This document shows, in pieces, positions 1 to 13,278 of a stretch of 64,000 nucleotides of DNA; position 1 is the stretch's first letter; the number at the start of each line of letters is the position of its first letter. The position numbers were made by a program, and so were the translations under genes. The DNA comes from the human T2T-CHM13v2.0 reference genome, Homo sapiens: assembly GCF_009914755.1 (NCBI RefSeq), contig NC_060931.1; one strand, 5' to 3'. The notes below the pieces were generated by a model, which saw nothing but the letters and a program-made list of their open reading frames with translations, made no database searches and had not been told where the DNA came from.

Positions 1-294
1 TTCAAAATAATCCCTGAAGAAATGGGAAACATGAATAAATTAAACTACAGTGGAAAGAAAATTGCTGAAGACTTGGAAAATGTCCTTCATTTTTTTCCAA
101 CGGTAGGTTTTTCCAAAACTGAAGAAATTAGAGTAACCTAAATATTCAAAAACACACTACAGGAAAATATAAATCACATGTACAGAGACAGTCCAGATCA
201 GATCTTAGGTCTCCATTTACAAATAAGACTATTCCATGAAATCAACCTTTCCTCACTTGAGGAGATGATGTCCAGGCAGAGCAAATGTACTCAC

Positions 295-412
295 AGGAAC
301 AGCAGAGGCCCTGCTTCCCCACGCCAATCAGCATGTTCAGGCAAAGGTTGCAATAGGCAGGTTTGTTAAAGTGCTTCAGTCGCCACACGTGCTGTCCATC
401 ATCCTTCACGTT
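295..412 (-). CDS. DGKB: DGKB internal exon, 118 nt, phase 0-1; [39 protein letters not shown](F), first half of the C1A zinc finger
   Basis: Translated by hand; acceptor cttacgtcccatgcag|AAC, donor TCCT|gtgagt; H-x12-CxxC...QGL-C C1 pattern. Confidence 0.95.
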
Positions 413-1799
413 CTGCATGGGACGTAAGAGAAACAGATTTCACTTAATGAAATAAACAGTGAAAGATGTAAGTGCCAATGAAATTCAGAGCTGGACTGAA
501 GCATGTGAAGACAATCTGTTATTTCATCCCTGACTTTCTCCAAGATCACCGCAGAGCCTTTAGAAAAACACATGTGCTCCAGTGAAATGAGATAGTGCTA
601 ACAAATCACCGATGCTATAGCAACCCACAAATCCTTGTCTAATATTAACAGCTCAACAGCGTACCCCAAGCCATCGTCATGACCTGCCAAATGGATCAGG
701 GACGTGATTGCCTCTTCTTTAAATACTTTATCCTTAGCACAATTCCATAAACAAATAAATAAATAAAGAGAAAGAGAAAATACCCTTCAGTGGAACAGCC
801 TGACAAAGAAAAACCTGCAAAGACGTCATTAACCCTTGCTTACTAGTAGTAATATACAAAATTCATGATGGTGATCAGGTCATGTAAGGTGGCAGAGGAA
901 TGGGATGGGATGGAAAACTAATACTAAAAGGTAAGTTATTGGTGACATACTAGGGCTTCATTCGAGGAGTCCTTATACTATATTCCAATTTATATTAATA
1001 CATTGAGTATGCCACAAATAGTATATTTTAAAAGGCAAACTTTTTAAAGGATTTCATTATGTTACCATTTTGTTTACCCCCTTATAAAATATAAGTAGTT
1101 TTAATCTCACAGAAAGATGGTAAAAATATTAAAACTGTATTAATATTTTTATTTATAACAATCACTATGGTTATTTGCCACAATACAACCTTGGGTTTAA
1201 ATTAATTCCCACTTTAGCAAAACACTTTATTTTTTTCTCTTCTCAGTAAAACTCTCTATATCATAATAGCTACTCCTGTAGGTATTTAATCACAGCTGCA
1301 TTGTTCAAGATTAAAATAAAATGAAATAATATGATGCTTAGGAATTTCTTGAACTCCTTACAAGAAGGTCAAGATATTAAATGAAATTATTATATATTAT
1401 TACTTTTGCTACCATCATTTTCTCCATTAACATGTACTGTTTGTAGTCTAATCATCAAATTATATCAAACAGATTAACATTTATTGGTATTCTATTGAAA
1501 ACATTATTTGCCATAACTTTTCAGGTTGTCCAAGTTGTCATATTTCTTGGAACACATTCACCTAATAATTTCTGAGCATCTTTTAAGTGCTTGGGCATTA
1601 ACGTTACTCCTGTGGTAGTGAGGCAATATAAATATATTCAGATCATCTTGTTTCTCTTGATAATAAAATATTAATAATAATGCTCCTAACTACCTTTCCT
1701 ATTCCCAGTCAAGGGATAAACCACCAGATTTGTAATACTAGAGAAAATCTACAGTAACTAATTCTTACTTTAGAACCAGAAATGTCAAATTTGCCTCAC

Positions 1800-2358
1800 A
1801 ACATGAAACATTAATGAAATGCTTCCTGGGCGATAATTCTTGGTGGGTCTCTTGAATTTCTTCATGTTTTGCAAACAGAAGCACTGTCCTTTCTTTTTCT
1901 TTCTTTCTTTTTTTTCTTCTTAAGACTATCTTTTCAAAGATGTTTGAGTAACAAACAGCCTAGCCTTGGACAATAGAGACATGTCTCCCTCCAGAGAAGA
2001 GGGCCAGTTTGCTTACTATACTTACAGTATAATAAAAATAATCACTCCCTTGTAGGCAAAGGTGAAATGGGCTTGTTTCCTACACATTATAATTCATTTA
2101 GTTTTCTTAAGTCAGGGTTTCCAAAACGTGATGCTGTGCACAATCATTAATTGGGTCCCACTCTGTCGTTCCCATGAGATTTTGGAGGCAAGGTGAACTC
2201 AAACGTGAAGCTCCTGTTGCTCTCTTTGTTGTGAATAACAAAGTCTATTGTCTCTGACTCAGGAGTCTCATGTCCTCTGGCAGCATCCATAAAACTGTGG
2301 CAAGCTAATACATTAACTTCCAATAGGGTAAATTTTGGACCCTTTACAATTCTTGACA
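1800..2358 (+). mobile_element. Old ERV1-class solo LTR (MER89/MER90-like)
   Basis: The 3' part (tgtctctgactcaggagtctcatgtc...gggtaaattttggaccctttacaattcttgaca) resembles recalled ERV1 LTR ends; the 5' boundary is approximate. Confidence 0.55.
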
Positions 2359-3832
2359 TTGCTCAGATTTACCTTTCTGACAAGGGGCTAACAAAGTCTC
2401 AACAAATACAGCTACGCAGGTGTCATACAGAAAACTTCAGAAAACACAGGTGTTTTAATTTTCTTTCAAAACCTAAGAAATAGGCTTTGTATTAATTTCT
2501 GAACTTCCTATTTTGGTTTCGGTGAGTCATAGATTTCTAGTAGCTTTATCACGTGAATAGAATACTTTATATATTTAACTTTGCTATATTTTCAAAACTG
2601 CCTACATTTTAAAATTTATATCCCCTCAAATAATATTTAAACATCCTTATGTGGAAAGGTTAAATATGGGGTTGTTAATTTTTAAAAAACTAAATTAATA
2701 TTTAAAAAATTAAAAGTAGTAGCTAAGTGCTTAAAAACATTTTTAAATAAAAAGGACAAAAAGCTAATTTTCGTATATATTACTGTTCTTGTAATTCTTG
2801 TCGTTTTATTTTTAAATGATTGTCCATTACATGTGAATAAGCTTCATCCTTTGAAGAGCACATATGGAGTAAGTTAGCTGGCATTTTCCTTATCAAAAAA
2901 TAAACAAGTCTGAACGTGGGTGTTCTGTCAATCAGAACACTTAGCCGTGTTACAGGCTGCAACTGATGTACAAATCCATTACCCAGGCATAAAATGCTTT
3001 ACCAAAAAACAAATTAAATGGCTTTATAGCTCTTAGCTGGATACATTGCCAAAATATGCAAGGGATGAAATATGTATGTGACTTCTTTAAGAGAAGAAAT
3101 TGAAACCAGGAGCCAATTACTTCTCAGCAGTGCAAATTATACTCCAACTCTCTATTTTCATGTCTTGTCTTGTTTATCTTACTTAGATCGTAAACTTAAT
3201 GGGGGAGGGAAAGAATCTGTCCCTTCTTTCTATCAGCCAGTAGAGCACATTCCTATTAGTCCTTCCACTGCAAATATATATTTATTGTCAAAAAAGGGAA
3301 TTTATTTTTTATAAAACAAAAATAAGCAGGGCATCCAGAAAGGCTTGATTCCTAGCCTACTATGAAAATGTGAATAAGCCATTTCACCTTTCTTCCTATT
3401 TCTTCCTATTTTCCTCTCGAATGAAAGGAAAATACCCACTTCCCTTTTCCAGGCCGTGGTGTGAGGTTTCATTATACAACACCTGTGAAGTTAATTTGGT
3501 TTCTCAGAAGACGGGTGTTATATAAACAGCAAATATTATCACCCTCATTGGGTTGTGTTGTGTAACATCCCAATTTTTCAGTCAAAATAATTGAGAAAGA
3601 TACCTAAAATTTCACTTTATTTCATTAAAATGTGCTCTTTTTTCATCACCAGACATAACACTGTGTATTGTAATGAAGCTGTTCAGGTCTGTGTTTATGA
3701 CAGATAAATGCTTAATGAATCCTAGGCTACTCCATGCTGAGAAGGAACTTTACATTTTCCCCAACTCTTAGTTGCCTACAAGGCAAAGGGATGTTTCAAA
3801 GGAAATAATGCTCTTCAGAACTTTTAAAACCT

Positions 3833-3920
3833 ATTATCCTAGTGATTCTAAAGTTTTAGTTTTTCCATAAATAAAAATCATTATCCTAGTGATTCTAAAG
3901 TTTTAGTTTTTCCATAAATA
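3833..3920. repeat. Perfect 41-bp direct duplication with 6-nt spacer
   Basis: attatcctagtgattctaaagttttagtttttccataaata at 3833-3873 and 3880-3920. Confidence 0.95.
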
Positions 3921-4200
3921 CTTCCAAGATCACATAAAATGTTCAAGTGAACTAGGGCTACTATAAATAATTTTTTTTCAGAAGACCTCAAGGAGAAATT
4001 TCATTGATGTCCTAACCCACATGCTTCTCTCCCCACACCTAGTTATGTTTCAACTGACTTAACTTATATAGAGAGAGAGAGGAGCTAATGTTACAAATAA
4101 TTACTTCCAACTCATTAAATAACAAAGAACATTAAATTACCTTACTTTTTGTCCAAGGTCTCCAAAAAAAAAATTATGACAATGTGACAGAAACTCCTCT

Positions 4201-4523
<323 letters not shown>

Positions 4524-5549
4524 CTATTAGGCCTGGGCAAAGAGAATGCAGAGAAAAGTTTTAAAATTCTGAGTGGAGCTGTCATCAACTGTTCATCTCC
4601 AGACCACACATTGTAAGGTCACCTGTCATTCCTGAGGCTCAAATGCAAAATCAACAGCAGGTTACACCACGTAGTCATTTTTCTTAAATGACACAATCTG
4701 GAATCTCAAGAATTTTTGCATTCATCTAGTTTTGTAACTGCTTTCTACATTGAGCAAAGTATAGACAGCAGAACAAAAACTCTTAACCAAATTAAAAACT
4801 TTTAAAAATCGATGTGCTGAACATCAGCTCCCAAAATATAATACATAGTCTTCTATTCTCCATCACTCAGGAATTTCATCAGAGAACACACTGCATATTA
4901 CTTTACTGAGAGTCAAGAAAAAAATGTGTCTTAAACAATCTCAGTCAAAGGCAAAGTTTAAATGACCTATAAGAATTGAAGACCAGGATTTTTGGCACAC
5001 ATATAGTGAGACCAAAGTATAAACCATCCAGAAACCATGCAGGCTAGATGTGGGTACAACAATCCACAATAACAAGTTAAGGTATCGCTATTTCAAGCTA
5101 GTCTACTGCTTAAATGTACATTTCTCTTTTCCCTATAATATAAATTCAGGAATTTTCCTTGAAAAAATTAAATGACGATCCAAAGTTAGAGATTTCAGAA
5201 ATTGAAGCCTTATTAATTATCTTGTTCATGCAGGAAAAGGAAATGTTCAAACTGAAAGAGTATTAGGAAACACTAACTTCTCTTCTTGGCTAACTTCTCG
5301 TTTTTCCGGAGAGAGCAACTGCCTGGTATAAAAATGACCTAGTTAGTTAATAACAGAGCTAAGGTCTGTTATCTGATCAATTTGATGACGTTCACTGCTC
5401 CTATGCTTTCTGTCTATTAGTCCTCATGTCTTGCTGTGGTTGTCCGATTGTGCCAAGTAAAAGGTATTAGATTCCTTTCTTCCAAATGAATTAAAATAAA
5501 TTAAAACTTTTTCTGTTTTTTAATCTGAGAAATGAGTGATAGAACAGAT

Positions 5550-5768
5550 CAGCGGTTGGCAAACTATGGCACTGAGTCAAACCTGGCCAGCAACCTGTTT
5601 TTGCACATGCAGTTTTATTAAAACATAGCTTTTGTGGTTCATTTACATAATTTCTGCGATTGCATTTGTGCTGGAACAGCAGAGTTTAGCAGTTAAGGCG
5701 GAGACCTTATGGCCCCATAGCCAAAATTACTTAATATCTCTCCCTCTGCAGACAGTTTCCAATCACTG
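5550..5768 (+). mobile_element. MER58A-like hAT-Charlie MITE
   Basis: cagcggttggcaaactatggc...tttccaatcactg termini; 8-bp TSD gaacagat/gaacagag. Confidence 0.8.
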
Positions 5769-6831
5769 GAACAGAGTTTACCTCTATATAAAGTTATTCA
5801 ACAAAAAATGTGTTTTAATTACATTGGATTTTTTTAAAAAACAATTCTCCAATGAGATGAATTCTGAAGGAAGAATGAATAAGTCTCAGGTATAAATTTT
5901 CATTGTGGTAATCAGAATCACAAAGCCATCCAAATTCTCAATTTTCCTTCAAATCTAAGAGACACTAACACTCTATACCATTTCTGACCCATTCATCTTG
6001 TATTTTGTAAAGTTTGTAGAGCCTCTTGTAAGAGAAAAGATATGGCTCTTGCTCTCTGCTATTTGGTATAGAATCTGGTCCCCATCAACTCCATTTCGGA
6101 TTTTGGTACCAAAATAGATATTCTTTAAAATAGACTAGTTTTTAAACTGCTGTTGCTGGAGAAAAATAAATTGCATTGAAATCGTAAATGTGGTGCCTTA
6201 CATTAGAAGTGAAGATTACTCTCCCAGGACTACTTCCTTTTCTGTGTAATTTGACTAGGACACCACAGTCACTTTCAAATACACTGTGGTATTTTACATG
6301 CACCATCAATTAGAACCTACTCCCCGAGCTCATAATTGACAATAGACAATAACATATAGGACAACCTAACAAGACAAGCTTCACAACAAATGGCCAACTT
6401 CAAACTGCAGTATCTAGATTTTCAATTAAATAAGCAAAGGTGAGGGGATAGATTCATGGATCAAATTCTCTACAGGTAATAATGTAACACATTAACTGCC
6501 TACAGAAAGGAAATAAATCTCAATTGCTAAAAAAGGTTCTCATCACTCAGTTGTCTTGGTGTCATTCTTGCTTTTTAAAACAATTACCATGCCTTAGAAT
6601 TCAACAGCTCTTTCTAACAAATAGATGCTGTATTTTGTGATCATTACACATGATTATATGGCTTATACATTTTATTAAAAGACAGCTTAAAATGTAGGTG
6701 GCTTACTTTTTTCACAAAAATGAAAGAAAAGGGAAATTTCTTCTTTTAAAGTTGTTCTTTACAGAGATGGGGTGGGGGGCGGAATTTAGTCTCAGATTTA
6801 AGGTGGTCTCTTGAGATTAAATAAGGTGCCT

Positions 6832-6847
6832 CTGCCATCTAGCGGCC
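6832..6847 (-). promoter_or_regulatory. Candidate CTCF binding site
   Basis: Minus strand GGCCGCTAGATGGCAG fits the CTCF core CC(A/G)C(C/T)AG(A/G)(G/T)GGC(A/G)G; retains CpGs in an AT-rich context. Confidence 0.65.
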
Positions 6848-8567
6848 GTCACTGGTAACACAACTCTGGAACACAGCTCTGATAGCTATAATAAAACCTT
6901 AGATTTCTCCTATTTAGCTCCAGACACTCCCTTTTACTAAAAACATAAAAAATAAGTTTACAAATACTATTAAAAAGTAAATTATGTACAGTTAATAGAG
7001 TGCACATTAAATGCATAGAATTGCCTTACAATTGAAATAATACTACACTAGAAACTAATGAGGTATTATATTGGTTTAAAATACTTTGAGTTAAATCATA
7101 TAGATTTGTGGACTCTATTACCTGTGATAATTTTTATAACTTCACAAATATCTATATTTATAAATTAAATAATAAATAATATATCAGCAGTAGTTTCCAA
7201 AAAAAATCATCATTTCAAAAAATCTCTTGTGACATTTAAAATACGGGCAACTGACTGTCCCTTTCTGCACTTTTCTATCTCACCCTCGACTACCAGATGA
7301 TTTACTTGCTCATTCCTGCATCTTCCCTCCTTCTCTCATCCTAGAATTTACATAGATGCTTAGAATATACAAAGTTTAGCTTTACAAACATAAAATGTCC
7401 TTCTCGGGAATCATTATTATTGGAATTTCCTGACTAAAGTTATCTGACAATTTTTCAGGATAAAGTATACATTAAACCTTAAAATGTCAACATTTTGTCA
7501 ATTTTTCTTTTGTTTTCTCCCAGTAGTCTGATTTACATAATGGTTTTTGTCATAAGGTACATGAACAATTAAATAAATATTGATAATATAGAGCTAAATA
7601 TGGTATTATAAAAAAATACTCAGTTATGTGTAGTATAAGAAATTCAGGTACAAGAAAATACTATTTCACAAAATTTTTAAGTGTAGAACTATATACTTAT
7701 TAACAATAATATATATATTATATTTTGTTTAAATAAATTAGTTTAAGGGTAACTTTCCATATATCACTTATTAGTATTTTATTGTTTTCCATCCTCTGAC
7801 CATGTCTTGGATCCCATGGGCCTCATGAAAGGTAAGCTTCAACTGAGTTTAGAAGAAATTTGAAGACCCAGGTAAAAAAGAAAACAAATAGTAATCTCTT
7901 GAAACCTATTATTTTTTCCTAAACTTATACATATTCCTTAACCCTCAGCTCATTTGTATATTCCTAAAGCCCATTTATATATTCCTAAACCCATATGTGC
8001 CAACATATTTTTATATATACTCATATGTTTCACAAACACAGACAGTAAGTTATCTTGAGAAATGACTTTTAAAAATTTGGTGTCTTGAATAACTATGATA
8101 TAGTCTTGAATCTGTAAAAATATTTCAGCTGGTAATAAGAAGTATGAAGAGTTTTGGGTTTGGCAGCAAAGTGGTGAATACTATGGTCTTACACCTTAAA
8201 ACTCTAAATATTACAATTTCATTGTTCTTTCCACCCCTAATGTTCTTTGAAATTAAGTAGACATGTTATTCTATACATAGTATATCTAATTATTGCATAA
8301 CTATTAATGCTGAATTTAAAAATCTGGCATACACTATAGATTTCATCAGATTTTTAGAATAAAAATAACTGAAATCTGCTTCAAGTCTGGGTCAGCAAGA
8401 TTTGCTTTCAAAGTCATTATTATATTACATTCTCATCTTAGGTTGATTTATTTTATTCCTTCACAATGGTATTTAATTGCAACTAGAGGAACTACTCCAA
8501 GAAAACTTTTGACAGGCGATAGAATAAGAACCTGGCTCCTGCTGATACAGGAAAAACTTACGTTTAT

Positions 8568-8646
8568 TTAAGTTGGTGCAAAAGTCATTGCGTTTTCTGC
8601 CATTAAAGGTAATGGCAGAAAACGCAATGACTTTTGGCACCACTAA
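8568..8646. mobile_element. MADE1 (Hsmar1-derived mariner MITE), palindromic; miR-548-like hairpin
   Basis: ttaagttggtgcaaaagt...ttttggcaccactaa, about 80 bp; perfect 27-bp stem 8579-8605/8610-8636. Confidence 0.9.
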
Positions 8647-9096
8647 TCTTTAAACCACTGGAGATATTTAACTGCCTCCTCCAAGTATCAGTTTTCAATA
8701 AAATAGATTACCTTTATAGGTAGGAGGAACATTGAAATAATGAAGCACCAAAAGAACTGCAAAATACAATAATACTGGAGAGCCTCTTGCTTTAGATAAT
8801 ATAAGGAGGTCAGTAACTTAAAAACACTAGATTGCACCTTCAACAGAGGAAAACAAAAGAGAGAGAATATATTTTTAATCCTGAAGTAATACCTGGAGTG
8901 AATCAATATGTGTGTGGCAAGTATTACTACACAAGGAGTTACTGTCAAATTGCACCGTGGCATACTTATTAAAAGTTCCAGGCACTCACTGCATGCTTAA
9001 TGGTAGAAAATGGTCACATCAATCTGTAATCAAAATGTGTAATAGAGAGCCCCACTGACTCACCACCAGGCCACCCTCCTCTGTGGAAATGCTTAC

Positions 9097-9216
9097 ATTT
9101 TCTAAGCCCAGGAGCACAAGAAGTGGAATCGTTGTCATTCCTCCTTGAATCCATTCCTCCAGAGACACGGTTCCATCATGATCATAGTCAATTTCTTCCA
9201 TCATTTCATGGAGGAT
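9097..9216 (-). CDS. DGKB: DGKB internal exon, 120 nt, phase 0-0; [42 protein letters not shown]-hand 2
   Basis: Acceptor cctctactccag|ATC, donor AAT|gtaagc; [14 protein letters not shown]-hand loop; ORF 9019..9252. Confidence 0.96.
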
Positions 9217-9787
9217 CTGGAGTAGAGGAGATAAGGGAAAATTGGTGGTCAACCAATAAAATAAATTTCATAGGCTACAACATATGAAATTGTGACTAAC
9301 AGCTAAGTGGAGAGTTGGGATAACTGTCTTGCTAACTCAGTACAACATTAATTCTATTACTGATGAAGAGCGACTTTGTTAGCATTTCTAAACCTGGCCA
9401 CTTAACACTGATCACTTTTTAGAAATAAGTGCTTAACTTTTCAATATTTTTCCCATGAACAGCACAGCTAAAACAAGAAGAATCTTTAATAAGTGTGAAA
9501 GTGGTCTTTAATTACTTTCTCCATATTATTTTTTAGATTCATATATATGCCAGAAAATGTCTGAACAAATTAACTTCATGGCAAAGAGCTCATATAATTC
9601 TTTGCTAAGTAGTAAGGGGCGAAGGAATTTAGTTGCTTTTAATTGCCTATCAGAATTTAATAGAGTCGAGAAGTTAAAGGATCAAATCAAGTTTAATTAA
9701 ACTTCGTTTCTAAAGATGACTTGCACGTAATGTCTTAAAATGTTCTCTGCAGTGTTTGATTTACCTCTCTGTGGTATGGTGGCAATA

Positions 9788-9870
9788 TCAGTACTTACCT
9801 AGAAGGGCTGTTGTGAGGATTAAATAAGCTAACGTATTATAAGCAGACGAGCCCCTGGCATACAGAGTCA
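9788..9870 (+). mobile_element. MIR fragment
   Basis: Core-SINE motif agggctgttgtgaggattaaataag...cctggcataca. Confidence 0.6.
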
Positions 9871-10503
9871 GAGTCATATAGTGTTGTTTGTGTTATTATT
9901 AATGGAAATTATATATAAGTTCCAAACATATTACCCTTGGTTGCTGGGAAAGCAAAGTACTTCCCATCTAATGGCGTCAAGATGGCAAACATGGTAAGAA
10001 TTCTAATGAAGAAAGGAACTCACGTCTTTATATAATACAAAAATGTTAATCAATTTGGAAAAAAGAGAAATGCAGAGAGCATTGGAACAGAGATTGGAAA
10101 AGATGCAATGCATGAAATATTTGATTTGTTGGTAGAAGTATTGTCTGCCTAGACACTCTTGTGCTTGGTGTCTTCACTCAGGAAGTATTGTATTTGAAAA
10201 TTAGATTATTTTTCTCCTCTTGCCTCTCAAGAGCTTGCTGATGAATTAGTAGAAATGTATCAATCATAAGAGAAATAAAACAATGACATTTGTTTCAGAT
10301 GGGTGATGCTTTCCTTTTTGTACCTAATAAATCTCATGTTAAAGCCATCCTCTGACCGTGTCTCAAATCCCATGGGCCTCATAAAAAAATAAGATTGAAC
10401 TGAGTGTAGAGCCTGAGTTAATTTGATAAAAACTTCTAGGGACGCTCCAGTCTTCCCTACTACTATTGTAATCAACCTCAAATGTTCATTTCTCTCTCTC
10501 TCT

Positions 10504-10506
<3 letters not shown>

Positions 10507-10538
<32 letters not shown>

Positions 10539-10826
10539 AGACGGAGTCTCACTCTGTCGCCCAGGCTGGAGTGCTGTGGCGCAATCTGGGCTCATAGCAA
10601 GCTCCGCCTCCTGGGTTCACGCCATTCTCCTGCCTCAGCCTCCCGAGTAGCTGGGACTACAGGCGTCCGCCACTACGCCCGGCTGATTTTTTTTGTGTGT
10701 GTATTTTTAGTAGACACAGGGTTTCACCATGTTAGCCAGGTTGGCCTCAATCTCCTGACCTCATGATCCACCTGCCTCGGCCTCCCAAAGTGCTCGGATT
10801 ACAGGCTTGAGCCACCGAGCCCGGCC
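10507..10826 (-). mobile_element. AluY
   Basis: Full dimer, poly-T plus (CT)n tail, TSD catttctct at 10487-10495 and 10827-10835. Confidence 0.93.
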
Positions 10827-11231
10827 CATTTCTCTTTATTTATATATGCAAACCTATGAGAAGCCTGCTGATGTGTACATTTGTTTACAATGAGAACTAC
10901 TGAAGCCTTAGGCAAGATGACAAGGCAGTTCCCATGACAGCAGACATAATGTACAACTTTGTACCATTTCAGCTCCCTGGAATAGTAGCAGACTTATCAG
11001 TAACACACATGTCAAATAATGCTATAGTTTATTACTTGTATTCTCCATTCAATAATCTGACAAATACACTAGGTATTTGTTGTAGAAAGACTACTCAGCC
11101 ACCAGCTTTCCCCTTCCTCCTAGCATCCTGATGTCCTTTTTCTCAAATCTACAAACACACCCCCCAACACACACACCAAAAATGCTTTTGTTGAGAAGTG
11201 TTAGTGCCCGCTGTTTAGAAACCTGAATGGA

Positions 11232-11555
<324 letters not shown>

Positions 11556-12671
11556 AACCTGAATGGAAAAACAAATCCCCCTCCCACTCTCCATCTAATA
11601 ACAAGCTGGCTTGATTGACAGATGACTAATCTGCACAGGTAGAAAGGTGAGTAGGAGAGGAGAAAGCTGTTGTCGATTAAAAGGGCAACAGAAATAATCA
11701 GAAATTCCTGGCTTTCAGTGAAAATATTAAGGTGAGTCAAACAATAAATTAAATACATGTTACCATCTACTTTATTATTCCACATACAAATGACAACCTG
11801 TTAATGACATCTGCCACTCACTAGAAGCACAGCATATGCATTTCCCAATAGCTGCTTTAAAACTGGAAAAATCCTAATCCCAGTAAGACAGGAAAATGCT
11901 ATCAGAGTTCTTGCAGCATATACTCATGCCATTATCCTGTTGTTTACCGCATAGATGTGAACAGAGGTTAAATATACACTTCTTGAATTTGCATAAAATG
12001 TAAAATCATTTAAATAAAATTTATTTGCATTGCTTTATTCATATACACTTTGCTAAAGGTTTTAAAAATAATATAAACTCAATATCTCTTATCAACTTTC
12101 CCCAAAATATTTTTTGTGGCCAAAGTTATGGTTTCAAGTCAAGTATATTTTAATATGTATTTTAATAATGTTGAAATTTTGATGTTTATTCAAAATAAGA
12201 ATTCTATATTCTTAAAAGCATTTTTAGATACTCTTTCTCTAAACAATTTAATTAAAAATTCCTGACTAGCTGAAGAGCTTTGGGCAAGTAATTTTAACAT
12301 ATTTGGGTCTCAATTTACTTCTCTGCAAAAGGAAAAAAAAATAGTGTATCTACCTCAGAGAGTTGAAAGCAATATATAACATATACACAAGGTAACATGA
12401 TGCACTGTGCATGGAAAACTACCATCTTCTTTTATGGCATGGCATGGCCTTGGCAGTGTCTATCAGGACCTTCTGCTTATCCACATGTATGTAAGACCAC
12501 CATTCAAAATAACTTCCACGAGGAAGAAAGCAAAAGTTACTGTTAACAGCTTCAGAACCCCACATATACCTTGTTATCTTATTCAGAATCCACTTTGACT
12601 TCTGATTAGAAATAGTAACTTAGTTATCAAAAGATAAAATGAAATGACAGGAATATATCAGGGTCCCAGAC

Positions 12672-12765
12672 AAGAGAAAAAAAAAGAAAAAGAAAGAAAA
12701 GAAAAGGAAGGAAGGAAGGAAGGAAGGAAAGAAAGAAAAGGAAGGAAGGAAAGAAAGAAGGAGGA

Positions 12766-12801
<36 letters not shown>

Positions 12802-13079
12802 AACAAAGAGAAAGAAAGAAAGGAAGGAAGGAAGAAAGAGAAAGAAAGGAAAGGAGAGAGAGAGAAGGAAGGAAGGGAGAGAGAGAAGGAAGGAAGGAAG
12901 GTAGGAGGGAGGGAGGGGAGAAAGAAAGAGAAAGAGAGAAGGAAGGAAGAGAGAGAAAGAAAGAGGGAGAGAAACAGAAAGGGAGATAGAAGGAAGGAAA
13001 GAAAGAAAGAAAGAGAGAGAGAAAGAAAAAAAGAAAGAAAGAAAGAGAAAGAAAGAAAGAAAGAAAAGAAAGAAAGAGG
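12672..13079. repeat. About 408-nt polypurine (GAAA/GGAA/GA)n tract
   Basis: Only about 4 pyrimidines on the + strand; not attached to an Alu. Confidence 0.97.
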
Positions 13080-13113
13080 CCTTCCAGAATTTAGCCAATA
13101 GTGAAATCATTCA

Positions 13114-13278
<165 letters not shown>

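Noticed and set aside
9961-9986. CTCF-like cccatctaatggc / caagatggc
   Set aside because: Mismatches at key core positions; much weaker than the site at 6832.
12644-13110. ORFs rich in K/E/R (+) and F/L/S (-); likewise 48626-48929
   Set aside because: Translations of (GAAA/GGAA)n simple repeats, not genes.
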